This document shows, piece after piece, positions 29,459 through 39,500 of a DNA stretch of 64,000 nucleotides (positions within the stretch are counted from its first letter, which is position 1; each line of letters starts with the position of its first letter). The position numbers and the translations under genes are program-made. This DNA comes from Aureitalea sp. L0-47 (GTDB lineage: Bacteria; Bacteroidota; Bacteroidia; Flavobacteriales; Flavobacteriaceae), in NCBI RefSeq assembly GCF_026126405.1, contig NZ_JAFMTQ010000001.1:194610-258609 (forward strand). The letters run 5' to 3'. Below the pieces are notes generated by a model. That model ran no database searches. It was not told the DNA's origin and saw nothing but the letters and a program-made list of their open reading frames with translations.

Positions 29459-30610
29459 TTGCAACACCCTATCTCGATTTCCGGAATTCGATCAGTATCT
29501 GCTTTAGGAAATTCTATTGAAGAAATCTGGAACAGCTATTTAAAAGGAGCCCCCCTATTTAAAAAATCCAGGCTTGGTGTTTCGGAAGATTGGATCTCCG
29601 AGATCAGCGATACTTCCGAAAAGGCACTGCTGGAGTTAAGGCAAAGCCAGCAGGCATACACGAAGTTAGACAGAAGTGTCTTGCTTGCCATGCTTTCGGC
29701 CAGGCAGTCTTTTCAATCAGGGAAGAGCGATATGCGAATTGGGATCAATTTTGGGTCTTCGAGGGGTGCCACTCAACTTTTCGAATCGTATCATGAGACC
29801 TTTCTGAACAGCGGCTCCGTGTCGGCATTTACCTCACCCACCACAACCCTGGGTAATATTTCGTCCTGGGTGGGACAGGAGTTAGGGATAGATGGATATA
29901 TGTCTGGACACTCGGTAACCTGTTCAACTGCCTTGCACGGTGTTCTAAACGGTATCGCCTGGTTGCAATCCGGCATGGCAGATCTGTTCATAGCAGGTGG
30001 TAGTGAAGCGGCTCTCACTCCCTTTACGCTGGCTCAGATGAAAGCGATGAAATTGTATAGTACTTCTGAAAATGTAATGGCCTGTGAGTCCATGCGGTTT
30101 CAGAAGAAAAAGAACAGCATGGTACTGGGAGAGGCAGGTGTGGCTGCAGTTTTGGAGAAGAACATTTCAGAAAAAACCCTGGCAAAAATTATTGGGTATG
30201 GGGTTGCTTCCGAAAAGCTTAAGCACAATAGTTCGATCTCTGATAATGCCGATTGTTTCCAGCGATCCATGCGTGGAGCAATGGAGAGTGCGGGTTTGGA
30301 AAATGTAGATATTGTGATCATGCATGCCCCCGGAACGGTAAAGGGAGACCTGGCCGAAAAGAACGCTCTCGATCTGGTGTTTGGTAACAATTTGCCGCTT
30401 TTAACGACTAACAAGTGGTTGATCGGCCACACCTTCGGGGCCTCGGGTATGATGAGTATGGAAATGGCTGTACTCATGTTGCGCAAAAATACCTTCATAG
30501 AAAATCCCTTCTATGAGAACTCACGCCACCTTCCGAACGAGTTAAATACCGTGCTGGTGAATGCTGTGGGATTCGGTGGAAATGCGGTAAGCATTATTAT
30601 CAGGAAATAA
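29459..30610 (+). CDS. Beta-ketoacyl-ACP-synthase-like protein (KAS I/II-type, Cys-His-His triad) with TTG start
   Basis: ISISGIRSVSALGN aligns with the KAS N-terminus. The active-site Cys is in CSTALHG, the first His in IMHAPGT, the second in GHTFGASG. An in-frame TAA sits immediately upstream of the TTG. Confidence 0.65.
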   Translation: MQHPISISGIRSVSALGNSIEEIWNSYLKGAPLFKKSRLGVSEDWISEISDTSEKALLELRQSQQAYTKLDRSVLLAMLSARQSFQSGKSDMRIGINFGSSRGATQLFESYHETFLNSGSVSAFTSPTTTLGNISSWVGQELGIDGYMSGHSVTCSTALHGVLNGIAWLQSGMADLFIAGGSEAALTPFTLAQMKAMKLYSTSENVMACESMRFQKKKNSMVLGEAGVAAVLEKNISEKTLAKIIGYGVASEKLKHNSSISDNADCFQRSMRGAMESAGLENVDIVIMHAPGTVKGDLAEKNALDLVFGNNLPLLTTNKWLIGHTFGASGMMSMEMAVLMLRKNTFIENPFYENSRHLPNELNTVLVNAVGFGGNAVSIIIRK

Positions 30611-30675
30611 CATTTCGGGGTTGTCCCCCGGAAGGAAAGTTAGTATATTAACAGTATCAAATAACCAACTATATT

Positions 30676-31284
30676 ATGACTGAATGGTTCTCTTCTCTCG
30701 GCACTTTTGAAAAAGCGTTTTGGGTGATCGCAATTGTGGGTTCCCTCGTCTTTCTGATTGTTTTGGTGATGACATTCATAGGCGGTGATGTGGATGATGC
30801 AGGTGATGTTGACGCTGATGTTGACGGAGATACGGGAATTGGTTTTCAGTTCTTATCCTTTAAAAACCTGGTGGGATTTTTCACCATTTTCGGCTGGTCC
30901 GGGATCAGTTGTATGAGTATTGGGATTCCGGCTCCATTCAGTATTCTTATAGCAACCTTATGCGGACTGGCCATGATGTTCATTATGGCGTCTATCTTCT
31001 ATTACCTGGGAAAACTAACAAGCGATGGTTCCCTTGTAATGAAGAATGCGTTAAACGCCGTAGGAGAAGTATATCTCAGCATTGGAGCCAATCGGTCCAA
31101 ATTGGGAAAGGTACAGATCACTATACAGGGAACTATGCGGGAACTGGATGCGCTTACCGACAGTGATCAGGATCTGAAGCAAGGTGACATTATAACCGTT
31201 ACCGAAGTAACTTCCAACGGAGTCCTTATTGTTAACAAACCCGGGGAAGAAAACAAGAACATATCTTTTATTGTAAACGATTAA
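30676..31284 (+). CDS. NfeD-family membrane protein (OB-fold C-domain)
   Basis: TM helices plus a C-terminal beta-rich domain. Immediately upstream of the flotillin gene, the canonical NfeD-SPFH pairing. Confidence 0.7.
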   Translation: MTEWFSSLGTFEKAFWVIAIVGSLVFLIVLVMTFIGGDVDDAGDVDADVDGDTGIGFQFLSFKNLVGFFTIFGWSGISCMSIGIPAPFSILIATLCGLAMMFIMASIFYYLGKLTSDGSLVMKNALNAVGEVYLSIGANRSKLGKVQITIQGTMRELDALTDSDQDLKQGDIITVTEVTSNGVLIVNKPGEENKNISFIVND

Positions 31285-31294
31285 TTTTTTCTAA

Positions 31295-32707
31295 ATGACA
31301 TTACTATTACCCTTTCAAATTGAATCTGTAGCGCCCTTTTTTACAATTGGGTTTGCTGTACTCTTCGTTTTTATTATCCTGATCACTTTTATCAGGCGAT
31401 ACAAGCGTTGTCCTTCAGACCGGATCCTGGTGATCTACGGTAGAGTGGGAACCGGTAATTCGGCCAAATGTATTCATGGTGGGGCCGCCTTTATCTGGCC
31501 CGTAATTCAAGATTACGAGTTTCTCGACCTGACACCGATCTCGATAGAAGTAAACCTTATCAATGCACTGAGTAAACAAAATATTCGTGTGAACGTACCT
31601 TCTCGTTTCACAATTGGTATTTCTACTGAACCGGGCGTTATGCAGAATGCGGCAGAGCGACTACTTGGACAGGGATTAAAGGAAATACAAGAACTGGCCA
31701 TGGAGATCATTTTCGGACAATTGCGTCTGGTTGTAGCTTCCATGGATATTGAAGAGATCAACTCCGATAGGGACAAATTCCTGAGTAATATTTCAAACAG
31801 TGTTGAATCCGAATTGAAAAAAGTTGGTCTGAAACTTATCAATGTAAACATTACCGATATCGTGGACGAATCCGGTTATATTGAAGCACTGGGTAAAGAA
31901 GCAGCAGCTCACGCGATCAACGCCGCACGTAAGTCGGTAGCCGAAAAGAACAGGGATGGAGCCATTGGTGAAGCAAATGCTGTTCAGGACGAGCGTACCC
32001 AGGTTGCTTCGGCGAATGCAAAAGCCACAGAAGGTGAGAACCTTGCTAAGATCGAAGTAGCGAATTCGAATTCTAAGAGAAGACAGCGAGAAGCTGAAGC
32101 AGAACGCGTAGCTATCGCTTCAGAAAAAGTACAGTCGGCAAAAGCACTGGAAGAGTCCTATGCGGCTGAAAAAGACGCCGAGATCGTTCGTGCTGAACGC
32201 GAGCGTAGTTCTCAACTGGCAGACGTGATCGTACCAGCCGAGATCGATAAAAAGAAAGTAGAGATCGACGCAGAAGCTGAGGCTGAAAGAATTCGTAGGC
32301 AGGCTAAGGGTGAAGCTGATGCGATCCTATACAAAGCTCAGGCTGAGGCCCAGGGACTTTTTGAGATCCTAACCAAGCAGGCTGAAGGTTTCGACAGAAT
32401 TGTAAAAGCGGCTGGGAATGATTCAAAAGATGCTGTACTTTTGCTCATCGCCGACAAGCTGCCTGATCTGGTGAAGATCCAGGCAGATGCCATTAAGAAC
32501 ATCAAGATCGATAAGATAACGGTGTGGGAGAATGGAAATTCCAAGGACGGAAAAACTGCTACCTCGAACTTCATTTCAGGTATGTACGGAGCCGTACCCC
32601 CATTGCAGGAGATGTTTAATATGGCTGGGATGCAATTGCCCGACTATCTGAAGGGTAAGCAAGTGGAAAGCGATGATGAGCCTAAAGAAGAACAAGACGA
32701 AAAATAG
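31295..32707 (+). CDS. Flotillin-like SPFH/band-7 protein
   Basis: N-terminal TM, SPFH domain, and a long EA-repeat coiled coil (AEAERVA...EAEAERIRRQAKGEADA). Confidence 0.85.
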   Translation: MTLLLPFQIESVAPFFTIGFAVLFVFIILITFIRRYKRCPSDRILVIYGRVGTGNSAKCIHGGAAFIWPVIQDYEFLDLTPISIEVNLINALSKQNIRVNVPSRFTIGISTEPGVMQNAAERLLGQGLKEIQELAMEIIFGQLRLVVASMDIEEINSDRDKFLSNISNSVESELKKVGLKLINVNITDIVDESGYIEALGKEAAAHAINAARKSVAEKNRDGAIGEANAVQDERTQVASANAKATEGENLAKIEVANSNSKRRQREAEAERVAIASEKVQSAKALEESYAAEKDAEIVRAERERSSQLADVIVPAEIDKKKVEIDAEAEAERIRRQAKGEADAILYKAQAEAQGLFEILTKQAEGFDRIVKAAGNDSKDAVLLLIADKLPDLVKIQADAIKNIKIDKITVWENGNSKDGKTATSNFISGMYGAVPPLQEMFNMAGMQLPDYLKGKQVESDDEPKEEQDEK

Positions 32708-32715
32708 CGATATAA

Positions 32716-33810
32716 ATGACCCAAACGAGACACGACTGGACAAAAGAAGAGATACTCGAAATTTATAATAAACCCATGATGGAGCTGCTTTACGAAGCAG
32801 CTTCCGTTCATAGGGAGCATCACAACCCTAACCAGGTGCAGGTTTCAACCCTGCTTTCCATTAAGACCGGTGGTTGTCCTGAAGACTGTGGTTATTGTCC
32901 GCAAGCGGCCAGGTACCATACGGATATCGAAGGAAATGACCTAATGAGCGTTCAGCAGGTGAAGGCCCAGGCCTTGCGTGCCAAAGCCTCCGGAAGCTCC
33001 AGAGTATGTATGGGAGCTGCCTGGCGGAATGTGAAGGATGGAGAAGAATTCGACCAGGTCCTGGAGATGGTGAGAACCATCAACAAACTGGAAATGGAAG
33101 TATGTTGTACGTTGGGGATGATTACCGAAAACCAGGCAAAACGCCTCGCTGAAGCGGGATTGTATGCCTATAACCACAACCTGGATACTTCCGAAGACTA
33201 TTATAAGGACGTGATCTCAACGCGTGCGTTTCAGGATCGATTGGATACCATAGACAATGTGCGAAAGACCAACGTCACAGTTTGTAGTGGCGGGATCATT
33301 GGTATGGGTGAAAACCTTGAAGACCGGGCAGGGATGCTCGTGGCACTGGCGACCCTCGATCCACAACCCGAGTCGGTTCCTATTAATGCTCTCGTCGCAG
33401 TTGAGGGAACTCCCATGCAGGAAATGGAGCCGATTAGTATCTGGGAGATGATACGCATGGTAGCGACTACCAGGATCGTGATGCCGCAAACGCAGGTTAG
33501 ATTGTCTGCCGGAAGGACAGAAATGAGCAGGGAAGGACAGGCCATGTGTTTCTTTGCCGGGGCCAACTCCATTTTTGCCGGGGATAAACTCTTAACCACA
33601 CCTAATCCTGATGTAAATGAGGATATGGAAATGTTTGAATTATTGGGGCTGAAACCCCAGGCGCCCTTCGTTAAGAAGGCGCAGCCGGAGACGGTGGAGG
33701 CGGATGAATCTGAATATACAGCCCTTGATGAAAAACCAAAATGGACGCGCCCGGGACATACGATAGACCGCAACGAAGAAGCGCGCCAGAAGACAAAACT
33801 GAACAGTTGA
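32716..33810 (+). CDS. bioB: Biotin synthase (radical SAM)
   Basis: CPEDCGYCPQ radical-SAM cluster motif. Starts 9 nt after the flotillin stop. Confidence 0.9.
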   Translation: MTQTRHDWTKEEILEIYNKPMMELLYEAASVHREHHNPNQVQVSTLLSIKTGGCPEDCGYCPQAARYHTDIEGNDLMSVQQVKAQALRAKASGSSRVCMGAAWRNVKDGEEFDQVLEMVRTINKLEMEVCCTLGMITENQAKRLAEAGLYAYNHNLDTSEDYYKDVISTRAFQDRLDTIDNVRKTNVTVCSGGIIGMGENLEDRAGMLVALATLDPQPESVPINALVAVEGTPMQEMEPISIWEMIRMVATTRIVMPQTQVRLSAGRTEMSREGQAMCFFAGANSIFAGDKLLTTPNPDVNEDMEMFELLGLKPQAPFVKKAQPETVEADESEYTALDEKPKWTRPGHTIDRNEEARQKTKLNS

Positions 33811-33890
33811 TGATTTCCGACTTGAGGTTGGACAAGACAATTTTTAAAACTTGAAAGCGTTTAAGCAAAAGTAATCGCAACAAATCTCAC

Positions 33891-34520
33891 ATGAAAAAGA
33901 TACTCTTACTATTAGTGGTCTCTTTGGCCATTTTTTCCTGTAAAAAAGATGATGACACTACTAATAATTGTGTAGAACCACTTTCTATATCGGTAGATCT
34001 TGTGAACCCTGAGTCGGCACGTATCAATTGGGATCCGGGTAATGAGACAGCTTTTGAGATAGAATACGGACTTACGGGATTCTCCCCAGGCACTGGTACT
34101 GTAACCCAGACTTCTCAAACGTCATTTGTAATTGACGGACTTACACCAATGACTACTTACGATGCGTATGTGCGCTCGAATTGCGGTAGCGATGGATTCA
34201 GTAATTACATCTCATTAAGTTTTACAACCTTGGCACCGGTAGTGTTGTGTAATACCCCAACAGACCTAACTCTTATAGACGTTTCTTCGGATACAGCTAC
34301 AATAGGCTGGTCTGAAAACAATGAAACAGCCTGGGAAATCGAATATGGACCTGTTGGATTTACTATTGGTACCGGTACCGTGATCCAGACCTCTCAGAGC
34401 AATTACCAGATCACCGGATTGCAAGCTGCAACGACCTACGAGATTTATGTGCGCGCCAACTGTGGAGTTGACGGATATAGTGAATACACCGACCAATTGG
34501 TTGTAACTACCGATCCGTAA
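33891..34520 (+). CDS. Lipoprotein with two fibronectin-type-III-like repeats
   Basis: Lipobox LAIFSCKK. Two ~95-aa repeats, each with W..GNETA.EIEYG and Y.VRxNCG motifs. Confidence 0.6.
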   Translation: MKKILLLLVVSLAIFSCKKDDDTTNNCVEPLSISVDLVNPESARINWDPGNETAFEIEYGLTGFSPGTGTVTQTSQTSFVIDGLTPMTTYDAYVRSNCGSDGFSNYISLSFTTLAPVVLCNTPTDLTLIDVSSDTATIGWSENNETAWEIEYGPVGFTIGTGTVIQTSQSNYQITGLQAATTYEIYVRANCGVDGYSEYTDQLVVTTDP

Positions 34521-34539
34521 AAACTAATAACTTTTTTGA

Positions 34540-34566
34540 GAGCCCCGTTTTCGGGGCTTTTTTTGT
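34540..34566 (+). terminator. Rho-independent terminator
   Basis: gagagccccgttttcggggct hairpin followed by an 8-T run. Confidence 0.8.
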
Positions 34567-34616
34567 TGTGTTACCTTAGCGTTAAGTTTTGTAATTTTAC
34601 ATATTCAGTTTGCAGC

Positions 34617-35483
34617 ATGGACTTACAGCAGATAGAAAGAGTAGATACTATTACCAAGGAAGATTTCCTAAAGCATTATTTCAAGCCCCAGAAGCCGGTG
34701 ATAATTGAACGGTTTATTGAGGATTGGCCCGCTTACTCAAAGTGGAATCTTGATTATATAGCTGAAATTGCCGGGGATAAAGAAGTTCCTCTCTACGACG
34801 ACCGTCCAGTGGATTATAAGGATGGTTTTAACGAACCCCATGCGAAGATGAAGATGAGGGAGTATATCGATCTTTTGAAACGCGAACCAACCAAATTCCG
34901 CATATTTTTATGGAATGTGCTCAAAGAAGTTCCCGAACTGCAGGGAGATTACAATTGGCCGGATTTTGGTTTACGACTCATGAAGGGCCTTCCCATGTTG
35001 TTCTTTGGTGGAGAGGATAGTTACACTTTTATGCATTACGATATTGACCTCGCGAATATATTTCATTTTCACTTTCACGGGAAGAAACAGGTGATCCTTT
35101 TCGACCAGGACCAGAATGATTATTTGTATAAGATACCTCATTCGTTGATAACAAGGGAAGACATTAATTTCGCCGATCCTGATTACGGGAAGTGGCCAGC
35201 ACTAAAGAAAGCCAACGGATTTATTGGAAACCTGGAACATGGGAATGTACTCTACATGCCGGAAGGTTACTGGCACTATATGAGATATCTTACCCCCGGT
35301 TTTTCAATGAGCCTGCGAGCTATTGCCAGGAATCCTAAGAACTTGGGTAAGGCCGTGTATAATGTGTTCGTGATGCGCCACTACGACAACCTCATGCGTC
35401 GTATGAAAGGCCAGGCGTGGATAGATGGGAAAAATGCCAAAGCCATCGAGCGCACCCACAGAAAATTAGGCATCGAGTTTTAG
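34617..35483 (+). CDS. JmjC/cupin-like domain protein
   Basis: Cupin_8-like: W...WNLDYI... and the HYD (His/Asp Fe-binding) context FMHYDIDLANIFHFHFHG. Start placed at MDLQQ, downstream of the terminator. Confidence 0.55.
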   Translation: MDLQQIERVDTITKEDFLKHYFKPQKPVIIERFIEDWPAYSKWNLDYIAEIAGDKEVPLYDDRPVDYKDGFNEPHAKMKMREYIDLLKREPTKFRIFLWNVLKEVPELQGDYNWPDFGLRLMKGLPMLFFGGEDSYTFMHYDIDLANIFHFHFHGKKQVILFDQDQNDYLYKIPHSLITREDINFADPDYGKWPALKKANGFIGNLEHGNVLYMPEGYWHYMRYLTPGFSMSLRAIARNPKNLGKAVYNVFVMRHYDNLMRRMKGQAWIDGKNAKAIERTHRKLGIEF

Positions 35484-35536
35484 TATTTTAGTAAGTTGGA
35501 ATGTTGGTATTTTAGTAAATCCGCTTGTCTAACATA

Positions 35537-36025
35537 CTAAGAGCGAAGCGCTACTAACTCAGAGAGTTTCTCCCAAATCAAATGCGACTCCCAGCCTCGA
35601 TACAAGAGATAATCTGCAAATTTTCTTTTTTTCTTCTGAAGATTTTCTTCTGAAGATATTTGCTTCCAACGTTTTTCAGACAATTCATGAAAAACCTCCA
35701 GATATTCGGTTTCGGAGATCTCTTTCATTGCCAGTTTGATATTGTACAAAGAAATGTCTCTCGCTTTAAGTTCCCGAAGCAGGCGATTTTTACCCCATTT
35801 TTTTATTCGGAATTTTCCGCGAACGAAGGCTTGTGCGAATCTTGTCTCATTGAGGTAGTTTTCGGTGATGAGATGATGAACTATGAGATCAATAGCATCC
35901 GGAATCATCCGCATCTCGCGAAGTTTTTCGGTTACTTCCTTATGGCAACGCTCGCGATAGGCGCAGTAGCGTTCCATTCGGGCTTTGGCTTCATCGATTG
36001 AATAGGATTTTCTTCCGAATGTCAT
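35537..36025 (-). CDS. recX: RecA regulator RecX
   Basis: Three-helix repeats with the RecX signature ...RMERYCAYRERCHKEV... Length 162 aa. Confidence 0.8.
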   Translation of the reverse strand: MTFGRKSYSIDEAKARMERYCAYRERCHKEVTEKLREMRMIPDAIDLIVHHLITENYLNETRFAQAFVRGKFRIKKWGKNRLLRELKARDISLYNIKLAMKEISETEYLEVFHELSEKRWKQISSEENLQKKKRKFADYLLYRGWESHLIWEKLSELVALRS

Positions 36026-36113
36026 TTTTCAAAAATAAAAAACCCTCCAATGTAAAAAACACAGAAGGGTTTAATAATTTATATAGTCCGAATCCGCCAC
36101 GGGCGGAGAAGGA

Positions 36114-37658
36114 CTATTTAATCTGATTACCATCTTTATCTAAAAAGTGGTATTCGAGGTACGTGTAAGCATCTCTAGGTTGAATATTTACCCATTTTTT
36201 GTGCTTCATGAACCATTTGGTTCGCACAGATGGAAAACCTTTTGATAAAAAGGCTGCTATAAAAGGATGCGTGTTTAACGTTAACTTTTTATAGTCTTTT
36301 TTGAAAAGCCGTTCAAGGTCTTCGGTAATTTTATCCACTATGAGGATAGGCGCTTCAATCTCACCGGTGTCACCCATATTTGGGTTTTCTTCGGCGGTCT
36401 TGATGTTCATTTCCGGCCTTACTCGTTGGCGGGTAATTTGAATTAACCCGAATTTACTTGGTGGAAGGATCTTGTGTTTGGCTCTGTCATCTTTCATTTC
36501 ATCACGAAGATGATTATAGAGTTTTTTACGGTTCGCGGCATGCCCCATATCAATGAAGTCTATCACGATTATTCCTCCCATATCCCTTAAACGCAATTGT
36601 CTCGCAACTTCGGAGGCAGCAATTAAATTAACTTCCAGCGCCGTTTCTTCCTGGTTTTTCGATTTACTACTACGGTTTCCACTATTCACGTCTATGACGT
36701 GCATGGCTTCCGTATGTTCGATCACAAGGTAGGCGCCTCTGCTACCGGATACTGTTTTTCCGAAGGAGGTCTTTATTTGTCTTTCAATCCCGAATTTTTC
36801 AAATATCGGAACTTTGGAGTCATAAAGCTTAACAATGTTTTCTTTCTTAGGTGCGATTTCCTGCACATAATCTTTTATTTGTAAGTAAAGCGTTTCGTCG
36901 TCAATATGTATAGCCGAGAATGAATCATTAAATATATCTCGTAATATTGAGGCTCCGCGATCTAGCTCACTAAGCACCTTACTTGGGTGGTGCGCCCCTC
37001 GTAGCTTTTTACACATCGCCATCCAGCGATCAGTAAGATTTTGTAAATCTCTGTCCAGTTCTGCTACTTTTTTGCCTTCCGCTACAGTTCGGATAATAAC
37101 ACCAAATCCTTTTGGCCTGATACTCTTTATGAGTCGGATCAAACGATCTTTTTCTTCTTTCGATTCTATTTTTTGAGAAACAGAAACTCTTTCAGAAAAA
37201 GGAACGAGAACAATGTATCGTCCGGCTATTGATAGCTCGGAACTAATACGAGGTCCTTTTGTGGATATGGGTTCTTTTACGATCTGTACCAGAATAGATT
37301 GATTCGACTTGAGGGCGTTGTTTATCCCTCCATTCTTATCAATCTCTTTGTCAAATGGGAAATCTTTTAAAGAATACTCTTTAAGTTTACCTGTGCTTAC
37401 ACGTTTTACGAATTTCAGTAAGGAGAGTACTTTTGGTCCCAGGTCATGATAATGCAAAAATGCATCTTTTTCATACCCCACATTAACAAATGCGGCGTTT
37501 AGTCCGGGAACAGTTTTACGAATCTTTGCAAGGAAAATATCTCCAACAGCAAATTTCGTGTCCTCCTCTTCTTTGTGAAATTCGATTAGTTTTCCATCTT
37601 TCAAAAGGGCAAAATCAACTTCTTGTGAACTGGATCTAATAAATAATTCGTAGCTCAC
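36114..37658 (-). CDS. rng: Ribonuclease E/G family endoribonuclease
   Basis: S1 domain, the catalytic DNase-I-like region (GGIIVIDFIDM), and a Zn-link CPxCxGxG-type segment. Length 514 aa. Confidence 0.85.
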   Translation of the reverse strand: MSYELFIRSSSQEVDFALLKDGKLIEFHKEEEDTKFAVGDIFLAKIRKTVPGLNAAFVNVGYEKDAFLHYHDLGPKVLSLLKFVKRVSTGKLKEYSLKDFPFDKEIDKNGGINNALKSNQSILVQIVKEPISTKGPRISSELSIAGRYIVLVPFSERVSVSQKIESKEEKDRLIRLIKSIRPKGFGVIIRTVAEGKKVAELDRDLQNLTDRWMAMCKKLRGAHHPSKVLSELDRGASILRDIFNDSFSAIHIDDETLYLQIKDYVQEIAPKKENIVKLYDSKVPIFEKFGIERQIKTSFGKTVSGSRGAYLVIEHTEAMHVIDVNSGNRSSKSKNQEETALEVNLIAASEVARQLRLRDMGGIIVIDFIDMGHAANRKKLYNHLRDEMKDDRAKHKILPPSKFGLIQITRQRVRPEMNIKTAEENPNMGDTGEIEAPILIVDKITEDLERLFKKDYKKLTLNTHPFIAAFLSKGFPSVRTKWFMKHKKWVNIQPRDAYTYLEYHFLDKDGNQIK

Positions 37659-37805
37659 GTTTTATTAATTTTTATCCATCCGCAATGCGCGGACAAATGG
37701 ATTAAACAATAATTTATCACAGGTGTTAACCCGTAGAAGATGAATGAACTCTCGCGAATTCAAAACAACTTCATTTTCAAAGAACGTTTTCAATACTTCT
37801 AAACG

Positions 37806-37832
37806 AAAAAAGTAGTGCGAAACTACTTTTTC
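37806..37832. terminator. Bidirectional terminator hairpin (A5-stem-T5), probably ending hup
   Basis: aaaaagtagtgcgaaactacttttt. Confidence 0.5.
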
Positions 37833-37957
37833 TTGTGGCGGTTGGCGCGTCTGCGCTTTTTACGCTTGTGCGTCGCTACCTTATGTCTTTTTCTTTTTTT
37901 ACCGCTCGGCATATTAATGTCTTTAGTTCCTGTCCGTTGCGGACATGCTGATTATTA

Positions 37958-38248
37958 TTATTTTACTTCAACATTCGACTTAACACCTTCTACGAAAATT
38001 TTCGCAGGCTTAAAGGCCGGAATGTTGTGCGCGGGGATCTTGATCGTAGTGTTCTTAGAAATGTTTCTACCAGTTTTTTCAGCTCTCTTTTTGATGATAA
38101 AACTTCCAAATCCTCTAAGGTAAACATTGTCACCACCTTCCAGTGAATTTTTTACTTCTTCCATAAAGGTCTCAACTGTAGCTTGCACATCACCTTTTTC
38201 CATTCCTAACTTTTCTGAAATTTTAGCTACGATATCTGCTTTCGTCAT
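37958..38248 (-). CDS. hup: HU-family DNA-binding protein
   Basis: MTKADIVAKISEKLG...GFGSF...R.GRNP-like arm. Length 96 aa. Confidence 0.9.
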   Translation of the reverse strand: MTKADIVAKISEKLGMEKGDVQATVETFMEEVKNSLEGGDNVYLRGFGSFIIKKRAEKTGRNISKNTTIKIPAHNIPAFKPAKIFVEGVKSNVEVK

Positions 38249-38378
38249 TCTCTTGATTTTTTAATTATACTATGTTCGGGGTTCCAAATTTTCAAGGTGG
38301 CAAATATAACAATTTTATAATCAATAAATCAAATGGTAATCGTTTAAAAAATAAATAGATAACCGCTATTTTTGTGAA

Positions 38379-39449
38379 ATGCCTGAAATTTCATCGAAAT
38401 TTTCCAAAACCCTCATAGTCTGGTACTTACAAAATAAAAGGGATTTACCCTGGCGAAATGAAACCGAGCCTTACTTCATTTGGCTTTCGGAAATCATGCT
38501 GCAGCAAACTAGGGTAGCACAAGGGCTTCCTTATTATGAGCGTTTTGTTCAAACATTCCCTACGGTCTCGGATCTGGCTAATGCTTCGGAGGAAAGTGTA
38601 TTAAAACTCTGGCAGGGGCTAGGGTATTATTCAAGAGCGAGAAATTTACACCACACAGCAAAGGTTGTTGCTCACGAATTGGATGGCAGCTTTCCCAATT
38701 CCTACAAGGAGCTTCTCAAACTAAAGGGGATAGGAGATTATACCGCCAGCGCTATTGCTTCTATATGTTTTGGTGAGTCTTCAGCGGTAGTTGATGGTAA
38801 TGTCTACAGGGTACTTAGCCGTGTCTTCGGAATCGATACGCCAATAAACAGCACCGCAGGGCAAAAGGAATTCAAGGCACTGGCCCAGGAATTGATCGAT
38901 GCGGAGCAGCCGGGTACATTCAACCAGGCGATCATGGAATTTGGAGCGCGCCATTGTGTTCCGCAAAACCCTGATTGCGATAATTGTATTTTTGCTCATC
39001 GATGTGAGGCCAAACGCAAGGACCGTGTAAAAGAGTTGCCTGTAAAGACGAAGAAACAGAAGATAAAGCAGCGACATTTCAATTATATCGTATTGCTTTC
39101 GGAAAACAACGAAACTACCCTGCTGGAAAAACGAAACGGAAAGGGCATATGGCAAAACCTTTATCAATTTCCCCTAATAGAATCAGAAACCGAGATTACT
39201 TCAGAAGGAATCACAGCGAATGCAACCTTTAGAAAACTAATTGAAGAAATTGGTGTAAGGGAACCGATTTTGTACAATGATAACCCTGTCATTCACAAGC
39301 TATCACACCAGCATTTACATACTAAATTTTGGGTGGTAAGTGATGCAGAAAATATCAACGGAGCTGTTCCGGTTTCAGAAATAAAAACATATCCTGTACC
39401 TGTTTTGATAGAAAATTTTATTTCAGAGTTCCCGCCGTTTCAAAACTGA
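38379..39449 (+). CDS. mutY: A/G-specific adenine DNA glycosylase
   Basis: HhH-GPD region LQQTRV, a [4Fe-4S] Cys cluster (CVPQNPDCDNCIFAHRC), and a NUDIX-like C-domain. Confidence 0.9.
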   Translation: MPEISSKFSKTLIVWYLQNKRDLPWRNETEPYFIWLSEIMLQQTRVAQGLPYYERFVQTFPTVSDLANASEESVLKLWQGLGYYSRARNLHHTAKVVAHELDGSFPNSYKELLKLKGIGDYTASAIASICFGESSAVVDGNVYRVLSRVFGIDTPINSTAGQKEFKALAQELIDAEQPGTFNQAIMEFGARHCVPQNPDCDNCIFAHRCEAKRKDRVKELPVKTKKQKIKQRHFNYIVLLSENNETTLLEKRNGKGIWQNLYQFPLIESETEITSEGITANATFRKLIEEIGVREPILYNDNPVIHKLSHQHLHTKFWVVSDAENINGAVPVSEIKTYPVPVLIENFISEFPPFQN

Positions 39450-39500
39450 AAATTTAGCTATCTTTAACTTAAGAATACCTATACTAATAAATCTAATAAT

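Noticed and set aside
37815-38123. 102-aa plus-strand ORF overlapping the HU gene and its terminator region
   Set aside because: Overlaps the well-supported 96-aa HU gene on the opposite strand. The product is hydrophobic junk without a signal logic.
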